From sequence record SRR31156797_208: DNA of 64,000 bases, one strand, 5' to 3'. Made by a program: the position numbers and the translations under genes. Position 1 is the stretch's first letter. Each line of letters begins with the position of its first letter. Under the pieces are notes generated by a model. It had not been told where the DNA came from and searched no databases. It was given only the letters and a program-made list of their open reading frames with translations. Of the stretch, positions 20,161 to 33,413 are shown in pieces.

Positions 20161-23037
20161 TTATGCTGTTCGACGCTCAACCCTATTACGACCGTTACGC
20201 TTTGCATCCAGTAATGCGTGATCAGCCAGTTTAAGAATGTCTTTATAGTCGCTAATCTTGTGACTATCACACACACCAATACTGACCGTAATTCTCAGCT
20301 GTGGAGCCACTAAATCGAAATGGTGGTCGGCAATATCTTGGCGAAGTCTTTCGAGATACGTGTCAGCCTCATTTGCATCACCCACGTAAAGCAGCGTAAA
20401 TTCTTCACCGCCCCAACGAGCCAACAGCGTATTGCTATCAAGGTGGCGCTTAATCACATCCACTACTTCAATAATTGCGCTGTCTCCGACTAAGTGTGAG
20501 TACTTGTCATTAATTCGCTTAAAGTGATCAATATCCAACACCGCGACATTGAGCACCTTACCTTCAGTTTTAGTCTCTTTGAACAGCCTTCTTAACGAAG
20601 AATCAAAAGCACGTCGGTTGGCCAACCCGGTCAGTTCATCTTCATGGGAGAGACGTTCGAAGTTTTTGGCTTGTTCGCGCAGCTCCTGTGTTTGTAATTC
20701 CACTTGCTCTTTCAATCGTAATTCACTGTTCTTAAGCACTTTGATTCGCCAAAATACAACGGAACTGACCAATACAATCACCGCAAGGATGAAAAAAGCG
20801 ACGACGTCTTTACGTTGCCAGAACAACGGCTCCACCTCAAACTCGTACAGTACTTTCGCTTCAGTCCAATCACCATATGGGTACCGAGCACTGACTAACA
20901 AACGATAGTGTCTAGGCGGTAAATTGGTATATTCGGTGGCTCTAAAATTGCGTCTTTCCGACCACGTGGTATCAAAACCTTCCAATTTTGTCCGGTATTG
21001 GATTCTATCGGACATCACATAACCTAAACCCACGTAGCTGATCGAAACACGTGTTGTGCCCGCAGGTACGACCTTATCTCTTTCTGGGTTAACCCTCGTC
21101 GAATCAAATAACACAGATTGCAAAACCACAGGCAAAGGATGATTACTGAGCTGATGCAAACTGTCGGGATGGATCGAGGCGACGCCTTTAGCTGTAGCAA
21201 AGAATAGGCTGCCATCAACCAATTTTGCAGAAGCGGGATTAGAGCCACCATTGGCTTGACTGCTTGCCATACCATCGCTTTCGTCATAATGCTCAAAACG
21301 AATGGTTGACTCTTTTCCATCGGCAATTAAATGTGCTTGTTCCGCTTCAATTTTCCAAATACCACGGTTACTCGAAAGCCAAAAATAGCCTTCATCGTCT
21401 TTTTGAATTTGAAAGAACTTATCAATCGGCAGTCCATGAGGTCGACCAATTAAGGCTGTGCTCTTATCCGCTTGGCGATAGCGAATAATGCCGCGGTCAG
21501 TCGCAATCCATACATAACCCGGTTCAATATAAAAGCCAAACGCGTATTGTGCTTGTTCTAAATCTTGCAGCTTTAAGTTATGAAACTCCCCCTCAGATAA
21601 ATAACCGACACCCACTCCCGTTCCAATCCAAATGTGACCGAACTCATCTTCATCGAGCGCCATCACATAGTTATCACTTAAACCGTCGCTCTGGGTATAG
21701 TGTTGCAGACGGCCGTCAGCGGATTTTTTAACAACGCCTAATGGCGTCCCCATCCACAAGTTACCTTTGCGGTCTTCAAGTAACGCACGGACTTCGTTGG
21801 TCGGTAAGCCGTCATCATCCGTCAACACCTGTGCAATCTCTCGGTCTTTCCAGTGCATGACTCCGTGTTGATAGCTGCCTACCCAAGCACCGCCCCGATT
21901 TGAATTTTCAAGGCTCAAAACCGATAAAGGAATAGGTTTGTCTAATGCTTGTGTCGCTTGACCATGACTGAGCAAGCTCAAGCCATTACTTGAACCGACC
22001 AATAAAGTATCATCGGACATCGGCAATACCGAGCGTACATAATTTCCAACTAACCCTTTGCCATCCGTCACTGAGGAAAAAGGCGAACCTCTCAAACGCA
22101 TCACGCCGCCGTTGGTCCCGACCCAGATGCTGCCTTCGATATCTTGGTACCAGGAAAGAACCCGGTTGTGTGGCAACCCACGGCTGGAATCGAGAAACTC
22201 AACGTTTTGCTCAACGATTCGTGCTAGCCCTTTGTTGATTGTGCCAATCCAAAGACTGTCATCATTATCTTGCTCAATAACGGTCACGACGACATTCTTT
22301 AATGACGGTTCAATCACCGACAGCTCGTGTCCATTCCAGCGCCAAGCACCATGGTTAGTTGCCAATAAAAGGTCACCATTGCTGGCGAGTGAAATATAAT
22401 AGACTTTATCAAACTCATTACTGACTATCTGTTCCGCACCTTGCTGGTTGAGCTTAAACAAGCCTTTGTCCGTGGCAGCAAACAGTTGATTTTGCTTATC
22501 TTGAACAAGTCGGTACGCACTGACATTTTCTAACGCCCAAATGACTTCACGAGCATCACTTTGCGCCGAAGGCCTAAAAGCAACGCCTTCACCTTCAATC
22601 GCTAACCATAAATTTCCTTGATGATCTTGCAAAATGTGATTGACCATACTGGGCGCTGACGGTTGAGCTTGCCAAGTAAATCCCGTTCTTAAAGTTAAGC
22701 TGCCTCTCGCCCCTCCCACCCATAAAGCGTTATTGTCACTCGCAACTAACGCTCGAGTGCCGGAATCCTGCATATGTGTTTCCGGGCTGCGGTCGAAAAG
22801 CTTGAATTCCAGACCGTTGTATCTTGCCACGCCTTCCCAAGTAGCAAACCACAAGTATCCGTCATCGGTTTGCGCAATGGCATTAATACTGTTGTGAGGA
22901 AGACCATCCGATGATGTCCAGACATTAACAAAATAGTCAGATAGTGAGTTGACTTGCGCCCAACTGTAGAAAGGAATTATCGCCCACACAAACAAACAGC
23001 TAAGGCGAGTTAAAGCAGATAATAAATTACAGACCAT
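20161..23037 (-). CDS. Diguanylate cyclase with beta-propeller (Reg_prop) and YYY periplasmic sensor
   Basis: GLPHNSINAIAQTDDGYLWFAT-type repeats, YRTKLEGFD/YTNLPP, TM, DIDHFKRIND, RWGGEEF; no RxxD I-site. Confidence 0.92.
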   Translation of the reverse strand: MVCNLLSALTRLSCLFVWAIIPFYSWAQVNSLSDYFVNVWTSSDGLPHNSINAIAQTDDGYLWFATWEGVARYNGLEFKLFDRSPETHMQDSGTRALVASDNNALWVGGARGSLTLRTGFTWQAQPSAPSMVNHILQDHQGNLWLAIEGEGVAFRPSAQSDAREVIWALENVSAYRLVQDKQNQLFAATDKGLFKLNQQGAEQIVSNEFDKVYYISLASNGDLLLATNHGAWRWNGHELSVIEPSLKNVVVTVIEQDNDDSLWIGTINKGLARIVEQNVEFLDSSRGLPHNRVLSWYQDIEGSIWVGTNGGVMRLRGSPFSSVTDGKGLVGNYVRSVLPMSDDTLLVGSSNGLSLLSHGQATQALDKPIPLSVLSLENSNRGGAWVGSYQHGVMHWKDREIAQVLTDDDGLPTNEVRALLEDRKGNLWMGTPLGVVKKSADGRLQHYTQSDGLSDNYVMALDEDEFGHIWIGTGVGVGYLSEGEFHNLKLQDLEQAQYAFGFYIEPGYVWIATDRGIIRYRQADKSTALIGRPHGLPIDKFFQIQKDDEGYFWLSSNRGIWKIEAEQAHLIADGKESTIRFEHYDESDGMASSQANGGSNPASAKLVDGSLFFATAKGVASIHPDSLHQLSNHPLPVVLQSVLFDSTRVNPERDKVVPAGTTRVSISYVGLGYVMSDRIQYRTKLEGFDTTWSERRNFRATEYTNLPPRHYRLLVSARYPYGDWTEAKVLYEFEVEPLFWQRKDVVAFFILAVIVLVSSVVFWRIKVLKNSELRLKEQVELQTQELREQAKNFERLSHEDELTGLANRRAFDSSLRRLFKETKTEGKVLNVAVLDIDHFKRINDKYSHLVGDSAIIEVVDVIKRHLDSNTLLARWGGEEFTLLYVGDANEADTYLERLRQDIADHHFDLVAPQLRITVSIGVCDSHKISDYKDILKLADHALLDAKRNGRNRVERRTA

Positions 23038-23401
23038 TTAACGTTGTACTTCCTTGTATACATCGATCAAATCAATAGTTACCGTATGGAATATCAACAT
23101 GGTTAATATTCGTTGTCTACGATTAGTTTTCAATAAAGTCGCCTGAATCTTCAATTTCACTAACTTGGTGCAAGTCGAGCCAACACCACTTCCCTACACG
23201 GCTTTTGGCTTTCATTTTCTGATCTTAAGTTTTCTTATAATCCAAGAACCCCGTCCTGCTCAGGCAGTAAAGCTACTCCCACAAATTCTTTCAGTCGGCG
23301 CGCAAAATATGAACTATGTTTTATCAGTAATCTTCGCAAATATCTGAATTATCAATACCTACAACGTACAAGATTTACCTTTTTACTGATAAGCAACGTG
23401 A

Positions 23402-25579
<2,178 letters not shown>

Positions 25580-25587
25580 TAACGCAC

Positions 25588-25619
25588 CTCCCCTTATCTA
25601 GCACAAAGGATAAGGGGAG
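25588..25619 (+). terminator. Hairpin after katG
   Basis: CTCCCCTTATC...GATAAGGGGAG; weak T tail. Confidence 0.6.
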
Positions 25620-25902
25620 AGTTTCATAACTCAATGCTATTTGTTGTCACACAATGATAAAAAAGTTCACTTAAAATTAGAATTTAATCGCGCGTTACTT
25701 CACAAATATCCAACCAATATATATATTTCCATCTATAACACACTCCTAATTGACAATTTAAGCAATAGGATAGCTTCAGTTCCGCTAAAGTTAACTCGTT
25801 TGTGACCCAGTAAAATTAAGTCAAATGAATGAGTTACATAGGGTCAGAATGAGAAGCGATAGGCGTGGATATTCACTACTAACGTATTAGGTACAAGCAT
25901 TC

Positions 25903-27267
25903 GTGTCATACAACAAAAGAACGAATTTCTTTTTTATCTTAATTACCATTACTTACTTTGTTTTGGCTCTACCTATCGCTGTCACAATTAAAAACTACGT
26001 GGTTGGCAATGAAATTCAAAAAGTTGAACGTGTTGCTCTAAGTAACGTCGCGCTGATTCGCTCGAATATTGAAGCTTCGATCTTCATGGATACCTTTCTT
26101 GCCGATAGTCTGGCAACCTTAATTACCATTGATCCCAGCATGGCGTTTGAGAAATGGGACGTTATCGCTAAACAGTTACTCAACAAAGCGCAAAATGTCC
26201 GTAATGTGGCAGCCTCTCCGAACAATGTCATCCGTTATGTTTATCCACTAGAAGGGAACGAAAAAGCCTTGGGTACGGATCTATCGCGGATCCCGTCTCA
26301 GAATAAAGCGATTCAAATAGCAAAACAGATACAACATGTTTACATCGATGGTCCTGTTGATTTGATACAAGGCGGCAGAGGGTTGGTGGCTCGCTACCCT
26401 ATCTATTCAGATTACCCATACAACCAAGCGTACTGGGGTACGGTTAGCGTGGTGATCGATTTTGACAAGCTGTTAGAAACCAGTGGCTTGCATGATACGA
26501 AAGGAATCACCGTCGCGATTAAGAATGTGACCAACATTCCAACGCTAATCTATGGCAGTTTAGACACTTTTGATAGCCCATCGACTCAGCAACTCATCAA
26601 TTTACCTTACGGTAAATGGCAACTTGTCGCCAAGTTTAATATGGATGAAAGCTCACACATTCAGTTTATCAAACGCAGCGTTACAACCATGTTGGTCGTT
26701 GCGATACTGCTCATCTATGCACTGGTTTTTTCACTCTATCGAAATTACAAAACTGTCCATAAAGCCGCTATGCATGATGAGTTAACGCATTTGCCTAACC
26801 GACGTTACATAAATCAGCAACTCAACCGTATCACCAGAGGAAGAGATCGCAATAATCCTTTTACTCTGTTGAGCATCGACGTCAACGACTTCAAGCACGT
26901 CAACGATAACTACGGACATGATATTGGCGATAAGTTTTTAAAATTCATTGCAGAAAAGCTAAAAGAAAACGTGAGAAACACCGATACCGTCGCGCGAATG
27001 GGCGGGGATGAGTTTCTGATTATTTTGACTCACGTACACGAAAGTGAGCAAGTGCAGAGAGTCATCCAAACTCTTAAAGAAAAGATTGAGGGTGAAGTTT
27101 TTCACCATAAAATTGAAAAGATTCACCCGAGTTTAAGTATTGGCTATGCGGTTTGCGAACTAGGTAAATGCAATATTGATAATCTGATCTCTCAGGCCGA
27201 CCATTCAATGTATCTCAACAAGAATGCCAATGCTTTTTCAAATAAAGATGTTGCGGATAAAGAATAG
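25903..27267 (+). CDS. CHASE-domain sensor diguanylate cyclase
   Basis: Two TMs, YPLEGNEKALG and GPVDLIQGG CHASE motifs, RNTD I-site, RMGGDEF. Confidence 0.9.
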   Translation: MSYNKRTNFFFILITITYFVLALPIAVTIKNYVVGNEIQKVERVALSNVALIRSNIEASIFMDTFLADSLATLITIDPSMAFEKWDVIAKQLLNKAQNVRNVAASPNNVIRYVYPLEGNEKALGTDLSRIPSQNKAIQIAKQIQHVYIDGPVDLIQGGRGLVARYPIYSDYPYNQAYWGTVSVVIDFDKLLETSGLHDTKGITVAIKNVTNIPTLIYGSLDTFDSPSTQQLINLPYGKWQLVAKFNMDESSHIQFIKRSVTTMLVVAILLIYALVFSLYRNYKTVHKAAMHDELTHLPNRRYINQQLNRITRGRDRNNPFTLLSIDVNDFKHVNDNYGHDIGDKFLKFIAEKLKENVRNTDTVARMGGDEFLIILTHVHESEQVQRVIQTLKEKIEGEVFHHKIEKIHPSLSIGYAVCELGKCNIDNLISQADHSMYLNKNANAFSNKDVADKE

Positions 27268-27304
27268 CGGCACTGTGATTACTAGTACCGCTACTTTTGA
27301 CTAT

Positions 27305-29062
27305 CTATACGTTGTAATTACGCCAACTTATTAGATGAGTAATTTCTTCTGCACCAACGGTAGCAATCGGTTCGCATATAAAACCTTTAACCCAAGCGCC
27401 ATCTTCAAGCTCAATACTCCCCAAACCTAAAGGGTGCGGTATTTGAGCTAACAGTTTTCCAACCCCTTGCGTTGGCACTTGCCACACTTCTACGTCAATG
27501 GCTTGTCCGTTCTCCGTATCACGCACTAGACCCGGACGATTTGGCGGGCCACCAGCAAGCGCATAAAGACGGTAATTTTCAGACGTTCGAGTTTTCGCTT
27601 TAAAAACGCCACCCAACTCAATTAATTGATGATTCAATGGCAAGCCTTGCATATGAGCACCACATACCAAAATATCCATCATGGATTGCTTGTCGATAGT
27701 CTCGCCAGTAGCACCTAATGGTAGCGGAACCGCTTTTTGCCAATGCTTTGCAACAGACATTAACAAACGGTCACTGAATGCTGGAGCAAACAATGTAAAA
27801 CCAAATGGCAGACCTGAAGTACAAAAGGATGCCGGTATTGCGATAGCACTATAATCCAGTAAATTCATAAAGTTGGTGTAATAACCTAAGTTTGAATTCA
27901 GTGCGATTGGATCAGCATTCACTTCGTCGATGGTATAAGTTGAACCTGTAGTAGGTGTCAAAACCACATCAACTTGTTCCAATAGGTTATCGCAAACTAC
28001 TTTATACTCTTGCAGTTTATACATAGCCTTAAATGTATCTGCTGCCGAAAGAGATTTTGCCCCACCAATGATGGTTTCAATCACTGGTAAGCAGGCAGAG
28101 CTATCCGCATCGAAAAACTCCTGAATCGCTGCATATCGCTCTGCAACCCACGGTCCCTGATAGAGTAACGTCGCCGCATCTAAAAACGGAGCAAGATCAA
28201 ACTCTACAAGTTCAGCCCCCAACTGCTGCCATTTGTTCACACATAGCTTAAACTGAGCCTGATATTCTTCATTATCAAAAAACTCTAATTGATCTGCTTT
28301 TGGTACGCCTATTTTAAGTCCCGAAATACAATCCACTGACGGGCGGCTACTTGTATATGCACGGGAATAACAATCATCTGCATCATAAACACTGGCGACT
28401 TTGTGCAAAACTTCTAGATCGTCCGCCGTTCGTGCGAAGAAAGTGATGCAATCTAAAGTTCGACAAGCAGGTACCAACCCACTGTTACTTAATGTACCTT
28501 TCGTTGGTTTAAGACCAAGAATATTGTTGAAACCTGCAGGAACACGTCCTGAGCCAGCCGTATCTGTTCCTAGCGAGAAAAATACCTGATTGGTTGCAAC
28601 CGTCACCGCGCTGCCTGAACTCGAACCTCCTGAAATGTATTCAGGATTAAAGCTGTTTTTCGCAGCACCCCAAGGGCTACGAGTTCCCACTAGACCAGTC
28701 GCAAACTGGTCTAAGTTGGTTTTACCTAACGGAATAGCACCAGCAGTAATTAACAACTCAACCACAAACGCAGATTGTTCCGGCTGATAAGTATATTCAA
28801 CACAGCCCGCAGTCGTATTTAGACCTTCTAAATCAATATTATCTTTAATTGCGAAAGGCACACCATAAAGTGGCAGGTCATCAACATTGAAGCCTTCTAG
28901 CCCTTTAATATACTGCGCTAATTGTTGTTCACTGATTAAAGAAATCCACGCGTTATGCTGGTCGTTTTGCGCCAGTTGAAGCTTCTCCGACAAAAACTCT
29001 GCTGGAGTGACCGCCCCTTCACGATATGCCGCAAGTAATTGTTCAATAGATAGTAGTGTCAT
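27305..29062 (-). CDS. atzF: Allophanate hydrolase
   Basis: KDNID, GKTNLDQFATGLVGTRSP, SGGSSSGS, GTDTAGSGRVPA, C-terminal VCGAHMQGLPLN domain. Confidence 0.95.
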   Translation of the reverse strand: MTLLSIEQLLAAYREGAVTPAEFLSEKLQLAQNDQHNAWISLISEQQLAQYIKGLEGFNVDDLPLYGVPFAIKDNIDLEGLNTTAGCVEYTYQPEQSAFVVELLITAGAIPLGKTNLDQFATGLVGTRSPWGAAKNSFNPEYISGGSSSGSAVTVATNQVFFSLGTDTAGSGRVPAGFNNILGLKPTKGTLSNSGLVPACRTLDCITFFARTADDLEVLHKVASVYDADDCYSRAYTSSRPSVDCISGLKIGVPKADQLEFFDNEEYQAQFKLCVNKWQQLGAELVEFDLAPFLDAATLLYQGPWVAERYAAIQEFFDADSSACLPVIETIIGGAKSLSAADTFKAMYKLQEYKVVCDNLLEQVDVVLTPTTGSTYTIDEVNADPIALNSNLGYYTNFMNLLDYSAIAIPASFCTSGLPFGFTLFAPAFSDRLLMSVAKHWQKAVPLPLGATGETIDKQSMMDILVCGAHMQGLPLNHQLIELGGVFKAKTRTSENYRLYALAGGPPNRPGLVRDTENGQAIDVEVWQVPTQGVGKLLAQIPHPLGLGSIELEDGAWVKGFICEPIATVGAEEITHLISWRNYNV

Positions 29063-29063
29063 T

Positions 29064-32000
29064 TTACGCAGCTCCTTTACTAGTGGTAGTTTCATTGATC
29101 ACCATTAATGGTTGACCCGCTGTGACTTGAGCTCCTTGCTCGCTGCACAAAAACGCGATCTCACCAGAGCATGGTGCTACCACTTCAAGTTCCATCTTCA
29201 TAGCTTCGAGTATCATAATCACTTCGCCCGCCTGAACGGTTTTACCCGGCTCAGCAACAACCTGCCATACGTTCCCTGCCACCTGACTCTCTACTAAAGT
29301 TTGATTGTCTTCTAACTCAATCGCTTCCGCCTGTTCAACTTCCACTTCTTCAACCACAAAGTTTGCCTGACCAGACTCAACCCAGCGTTGACGCTCAGCT
29401 TCAAACGCCGTTTGCTGACGATGTTTACAACGTTCAATATCTGCGCCGTGTTCATCAACCAACGACTGGTAATCTGCCAGTGAAAAGGTTGTTTCTTCAA
29501 TCTTTAATGGATACTGACCCAATGGGTGTTTTTTGCGAATGTCCAGCAACTCTTCCGCACTCACTTCGTAGAAGCGAATCTGATCGAAGAATCTGAGCAA
29601 CCAGGGTTTTTGGAATTCTTTCGTCTGTCTGTAGCGATTCCACATTTGTAGCGTACGACCAACAAACTGATATCCACCTGGCCCTTCCATACCGTAAACA
29701 CAAAGATAGGCCCCACCAATGCCAACCGCATTTTCCGGTGTCCATGTGCGGGCAGGATTGTATTTAGTCGTCACTAGACGGTGACGAGGATCGATGGGTG
29801 TCGCGACTGGCGCACCTAAGTAAACGTCACCTAGTCCCATCACAAGATAACTTGCATCGAAAACGATTTTTTTAACTTCTTCAACGGAATCGAGTCCGTT
29901 AATACGACGAATGAACTCAATATTGTCCGGGCACCAAGGCGCGTTCTTTCTGACCAGTTCATCGTATTTTCGAATCGCCAAACGTGTTGCCTGATCGTCC
30001 CACGATAATGGAATGTTCACCACTCGAGCCGGAACGCGTAGCTGATCGATATCATCCATCTCATGCTCTAGCTGTTCCAGTAGTGTCAGAAGTTTGGAGC
30101 GAGACAAAACCAAATTATTAAAGTGAACCTGCAGTGAGCGAATACCCGGCGTCAGCTCTTCAACACCTTCAATCTTTAGCGACTCCAGTTTGAGCATCAA
30201 AGCATGTACACGAAAACGCAGACGAATATCCAACACTTGTGGGCCATATTCGACTAACAAGAAGTCCTCACCACTGGAACGATAAACAACCTCTTCACCA
30301 ACCTGCTGAGCAGAAAGGCTATGAACAATGGCTGTTTTACAGTCGCAAGCTTGTAAAGGAATGTGCTCAAAACCAACCGCTTCAACCTGCGCATTTTGTT
30401 TACGCTCCGCCATTTCAGCTTGCTCTAAGCTCACAGCAACAAAACGTACCTTGTCTCCCGCTTTAAGCTGTCCCATCTTCCACAAATCGGCTTTGATGAT
30501 GGTTGCTGGGCAAACAAACCCTCCTAGGCTTGGGCCATCCGGGCCTAAGATCACAGGCATATCACCGGTAAAATCGATGGTACCCACAGCATAAGCATTA
30601 TCATGGATATTTGATGGATGAAGCCCCGCTTCACCTCCATCCTGACGCGCCCAGTGTGGTTTTGGTCCGACCAGACGAACCCCCGTGCGGCTGGAGTTAA
30701 AATGAACCTTCCAGGTTGCATCAAAAAATTCAGAGATATCATTGTCAGTGAAGAAGTCTGGAGCACCGTGAGGGCCATACATCACACGGATTTCCCACAA
30801 TTCTTCCATTGCAGGCAGTACGCCCGATTTACCCGCTAACTCACCCAAACTTTCATTTTGTGAAACATGCAAGACGTCCCCCGCAAGCAACGCTCTGCCT
30901 GCGTGCCCACCGAACAGACCAAGTGTAAATGTCGATTTGCTGCCCAGATAATCCGGACATTGAATACCACCTTCCACAGCAAAATAACTGCGAGCGCCAT
31001 GGCCACTCACCTTACCCAGCTTTAGAGTTTGCCCTGCCTGAGCAAAATGAACTTCTCCATGATTCAACGGAGTCCCATCAAGTGTCGCGTCGATATGTGC
31101 ACCAGTAACAACAAACTGTTTAGCGGTGTTGAACTTCAGTGTTGGACCAGAAAGAATGATCTCTAATCCAGCACAGCTTTCTTCGTTATTCAGTAGCTGA
31201 TTGGCAAGACGAAAGCTTAATGAATCCATCGGCCCTGATGGTGGCACACCGATATTCCAGTAGCCTTTTCGGCCCGGGTAATCCTGAATAGTAGTTTGTG
31301 TACCACCGCTGATCACATCCAATGTTGTTGGCTTATAGACAAACTCATTCAGACTGCGTGTCAGAACTTCACCTTTTTGTACAAGCTCATTCGCCAATAG
31401 CTGTTTTAAATAGGCTTGGTTGTGTTCAATTCCATAGATAATCGTCTGTTCGAGGGACAGACTGAGTTTTGCTAAAGCATCTCGGCGGTTTTCACCATGA
31501 ACGATCACTTTCGCCAACATTGGATCAAAGAAGGGCGAAACTTCTACACCCGCTTCAATCCAATGCTCGACACGTAAGCCTTTAACTTTTGGCCACTCAA
31601 CATGGCTCAATAATCCTGCGCAAGGCTGAAAGGCTTTGTTCGCATCTTCTGCGTATAGACGAACCTGAATAGCATGGCCCTGAGGTTGCCTTTCTGCGGT
31701 CAGTTCCTCAATGGATAACTCACCAGCACCTAAGCGAACCATCCAGTCAACCAAATCAACACCGAAGACTTCTTCTGTGACGCCATGCTCAACCTGAAGG
31801 CGTGTATTCACCTCCAGAAAATAAAACTGTTTACTTTGTTGGTCGAAAACAAATTCCACCGTACCTGCGTTGCGGTAATTGATTTGTTCAGCCAATTTTA
31901 TAGCCGTAGTATGGAACGCATGACGGATATCATCGGATAGATTCGGTGCTGGTGTCTCTTCAATCACCTTCTGATTACGGCGTTGCGCCGAACAATCACG

Positions 32001-32675
32001 CTCTCCTAGAGCAACGACCTTGCCTTCACCGTCACCAAATATTTGCACTTCGATATGACGTGCGTGTTCAATGAATTTCTCTAAGAACACACCACTGTTA
32101 CTGAAATTGTTTTGGCTAAGACGCTTGACCGAATCAAACGCGGATTCTAAAGATTCAGAGTCATAACAACACTGCATGCCGATACCACCGCCACCAGCGG
32201 TACTCTTAAGCATGACAGGGTAACCAATTCGCTCAGCTTCGGTTAGCGCTTGCTGTTTATCTGTAAGAAGTTGAGTACCCGGAAGTAATGGTACACCAGC
32301 CTGTTCAGCCAGTTCCCGAGCAGAGTGCTTAAGACCAAACACTTCCATCTGTTCAGGCGTTGGGCCTAAAAATACAATATCGTTTTGCTCACACAGATGA
32401 ACAAAATCAGGGTTTTCACTTAAAAAGCCGTAACCCGGGTGAATCGCCTGTGCGCCACACTGCTTTGCGATATCAATAACACGCTGCTGATCGAGATAGG
32501 TCGCCGATGCGGCGCCTTCACCTAGAGAGTAAGCCTCGTCTGCATGCACGACATGTAGGCTTTGAGCGTCGGCTTCGCTGTATACCGCGACACTTGTCAC
32601 GCCTAATTTTTTTAGAGTTCTGATGACTCGGCATGCGATTGCGCCACGGTTTGCAATTAATACCTTGTTAAACAT
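29064..32675 (-). CDS. uca: Urea/guanidine carboxylase (biotin-dependent), probably guanidine-preferring
   Basis: ANRGAIA, HPGYGFLSEN, EVNTRLQVEH, PSNIHDNAYAVGTIDFTGD, TTKYNPARTWT, biotin motif EAMKM. Confidence 0.95.
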   Translation of the reverse strand: MFNKVLIANRGAIACRVIRTLKKLGVTSVAVYSEADAQSLHVVHADEAYSLGEGAASATYLDQQRVIDIAKQCGAQAIHPGYGFLSENPDFVHLCEQNDIVFLGPTPEQMEVFGLKHSARELAEQAGVPLLPGTQLLTDKQQALTEAERIGYPVMLKSTAGGGGIGMQCCYDSESLESAFDSVKRLSQNNFSNSGVFLEKFIEHARHIEVQIFGDGEGKVVALGERDCSAQRRNQKVIEETPAPNLSDDIRHAFHTTAIKLAEQINYRNAGTVEFVFDQQSKQFYFLEVNTRLQVEHGVTEEVFGVDLVDWMVRLGAGELSIEELTAERQPQGHAIQVRLYAEDANKAFQPCAGLLSHVEWPKVKGLRVEHWIEAGVEVSPFFDPMLAKVIVHGENRRDALAKLSLSLEQTIIYGIEHNQAYLKQLLANELVQKGEVLTRSLNEFVYKPTTLDVISGGTQTTIQDYPGRKGYWNIGVPPSGPMDSLSFRLANQLLNNEESCAGLEIILSGPTLKFNTAKQFVVTGAHIDATLDGTPLNHGEVHFAQAGQTLKLGKVSGHGARSYFAVEGGIQCPDYLGSKSTFTLGLFGGHAGRALLAGDVLHVSQNESLGELAGKSGVLPAMEELWEIRVMYGPHGAPDFFTDNDISEFFDATWKVHFNSSRTGVRLVGPKPHWARQDGGEAGLHPSNIHDNAYAVGTIDFTGDMPVILGPDGPSLGGFVCPATIIKADLWKMGQLKAGDKVRFVAVSLEQAEMAERKQNAQVEAVGFEHIPLQACDCKTAIVHSLSAQQVGEEVVYRSSGEDFLLVEYGPQVLDIRLRFRVHALMLKLESLKIEGVEELTPGIRSLQVHFNNLVLSRSKLLTLLEQLEHEMDDIDQLRVPARVVNIPLSWDDQATRLAIRKYDELVRKNAPWCPDNIEFIRRINGLDSVEEVKKIVFDASYLVMGLGDVYLGAPVATPIDPRHRLVTTKYNPARTWTPENAVGIGGAYLCVYGMEGPGGYQFVGRTLQMWNRYRQTKEFQKPWLLRFFDQIRFYEVSAEELLDIRKKHPLGQYPLKIEETTFSLADYQSLVDEHGADIERCKHRQQTAFEAERQRWVESGQANFVVEEVEVEQAEAIELEDNQTLVESQVAGNVWQVVAEPGKTVQAGEVIMILEAMKMELEVVAPCSGEIAFLCSEQGAQVTAGQPLMVINETTTSKGAA

Positions 32676-32693
32676 AAGCAAATCCAAATTTTG

Positions 32694-32739
32694 CGGGCCG
32701 TCCCGTTGATCCTTTTGAGCCTTGAATGGGGTCGTCCCC
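32694..32739 (-). ncRNA. Guanidine-II (mini-ykkC) riboswitch inside the operon, upstream of uca
   Basis: Two GC hairpins with ACGR loops, GGGG-ACGA-CCCC and CGGG-ACGG-CCCG, joined by a 22-nt linker and ending 18 nt before the uca ATG. Confidence 0.88.
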
Positions 32740-32755
32740 GGACTCTTGAGCCTTA

Positions 32756-33403
32756 TTAAGCTGCGCTATCCCATACCAGCACTTCAACCGGAGTCGGGTT
32801 GTAGGCATTACATGGGTTATTCAATTGAGGACAGTTGGAAATGAGCACAATCACGTCCATCTCCGCTTTCAGCTCAACATACTTCCCTGCGCCACTGATA
32901 CCGTCTTCAAACGTCAGTCCACCTTCTACGGTAATCGGAACGTTCATAAAGAAATTGATGTTATGGGTAATATCACGTTTACTCATACCGTACTGGTCGT
33001 TCTCCGCTACTGCGAGTAACCAGCTATCACGACAAGCATGCATACACTTCTTCTCAATCGCATAACGAACCGTGTTACTTTCCGTTGCACACGCACCACC
33101 TAAAGTGTCATGACGACCACAAGTATCAGCCACTATCTCAAGCATAGTGTTGCCCTGATCAGAAAGAATCTTTGTGCCCGCAGTCAGGTAGACATTGCCT
33201 TGCTCACGAATGGTATCAATAGCACTGTAGCGTTCACCCGGGTCATTAGCGTTGTAAAACAACGTGTCTGCAGCTTGGTTGCCTTCAAGATCCAAAATGC
33301 GAACTGTCTGGCCTTTCTTCACTACTTTCATGTAGTAATCACCGGCAGGAACGATATCGCGTCTAACGGCCTGTTCGGCCTGAAAACTACTTTCTACAAT
33401 CAT
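32756..33403 (-). CDS. cgdB: Urea carboxylase-associated protein 1 / carboxyguanidine deiminase subunit (DUF1989)
   Basis: [50 protein letters not shown]. Confidence 0.9.
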   Translation of the reverse strand: MIVESSFQAEQAVRRDIVPAGDYYMKVVKKGQTVRILDLEGNQAADTLFYNANDPGERYSAIDTIREQGNVYLTAGTKILSDQGNTMLEIVADTCGRHDTLGGACATESNTVRYAIEKKCMHACRDSWLLAVAENDQYGMSKRDITHNINFFMNVPITVEGGLTFEDGISGAGKYVELKAEMDVIVLISNCPQLNNPCNAYNPTPVEVLVWDSAA

Positions 33404-33413
33404 GATTCTCTCC

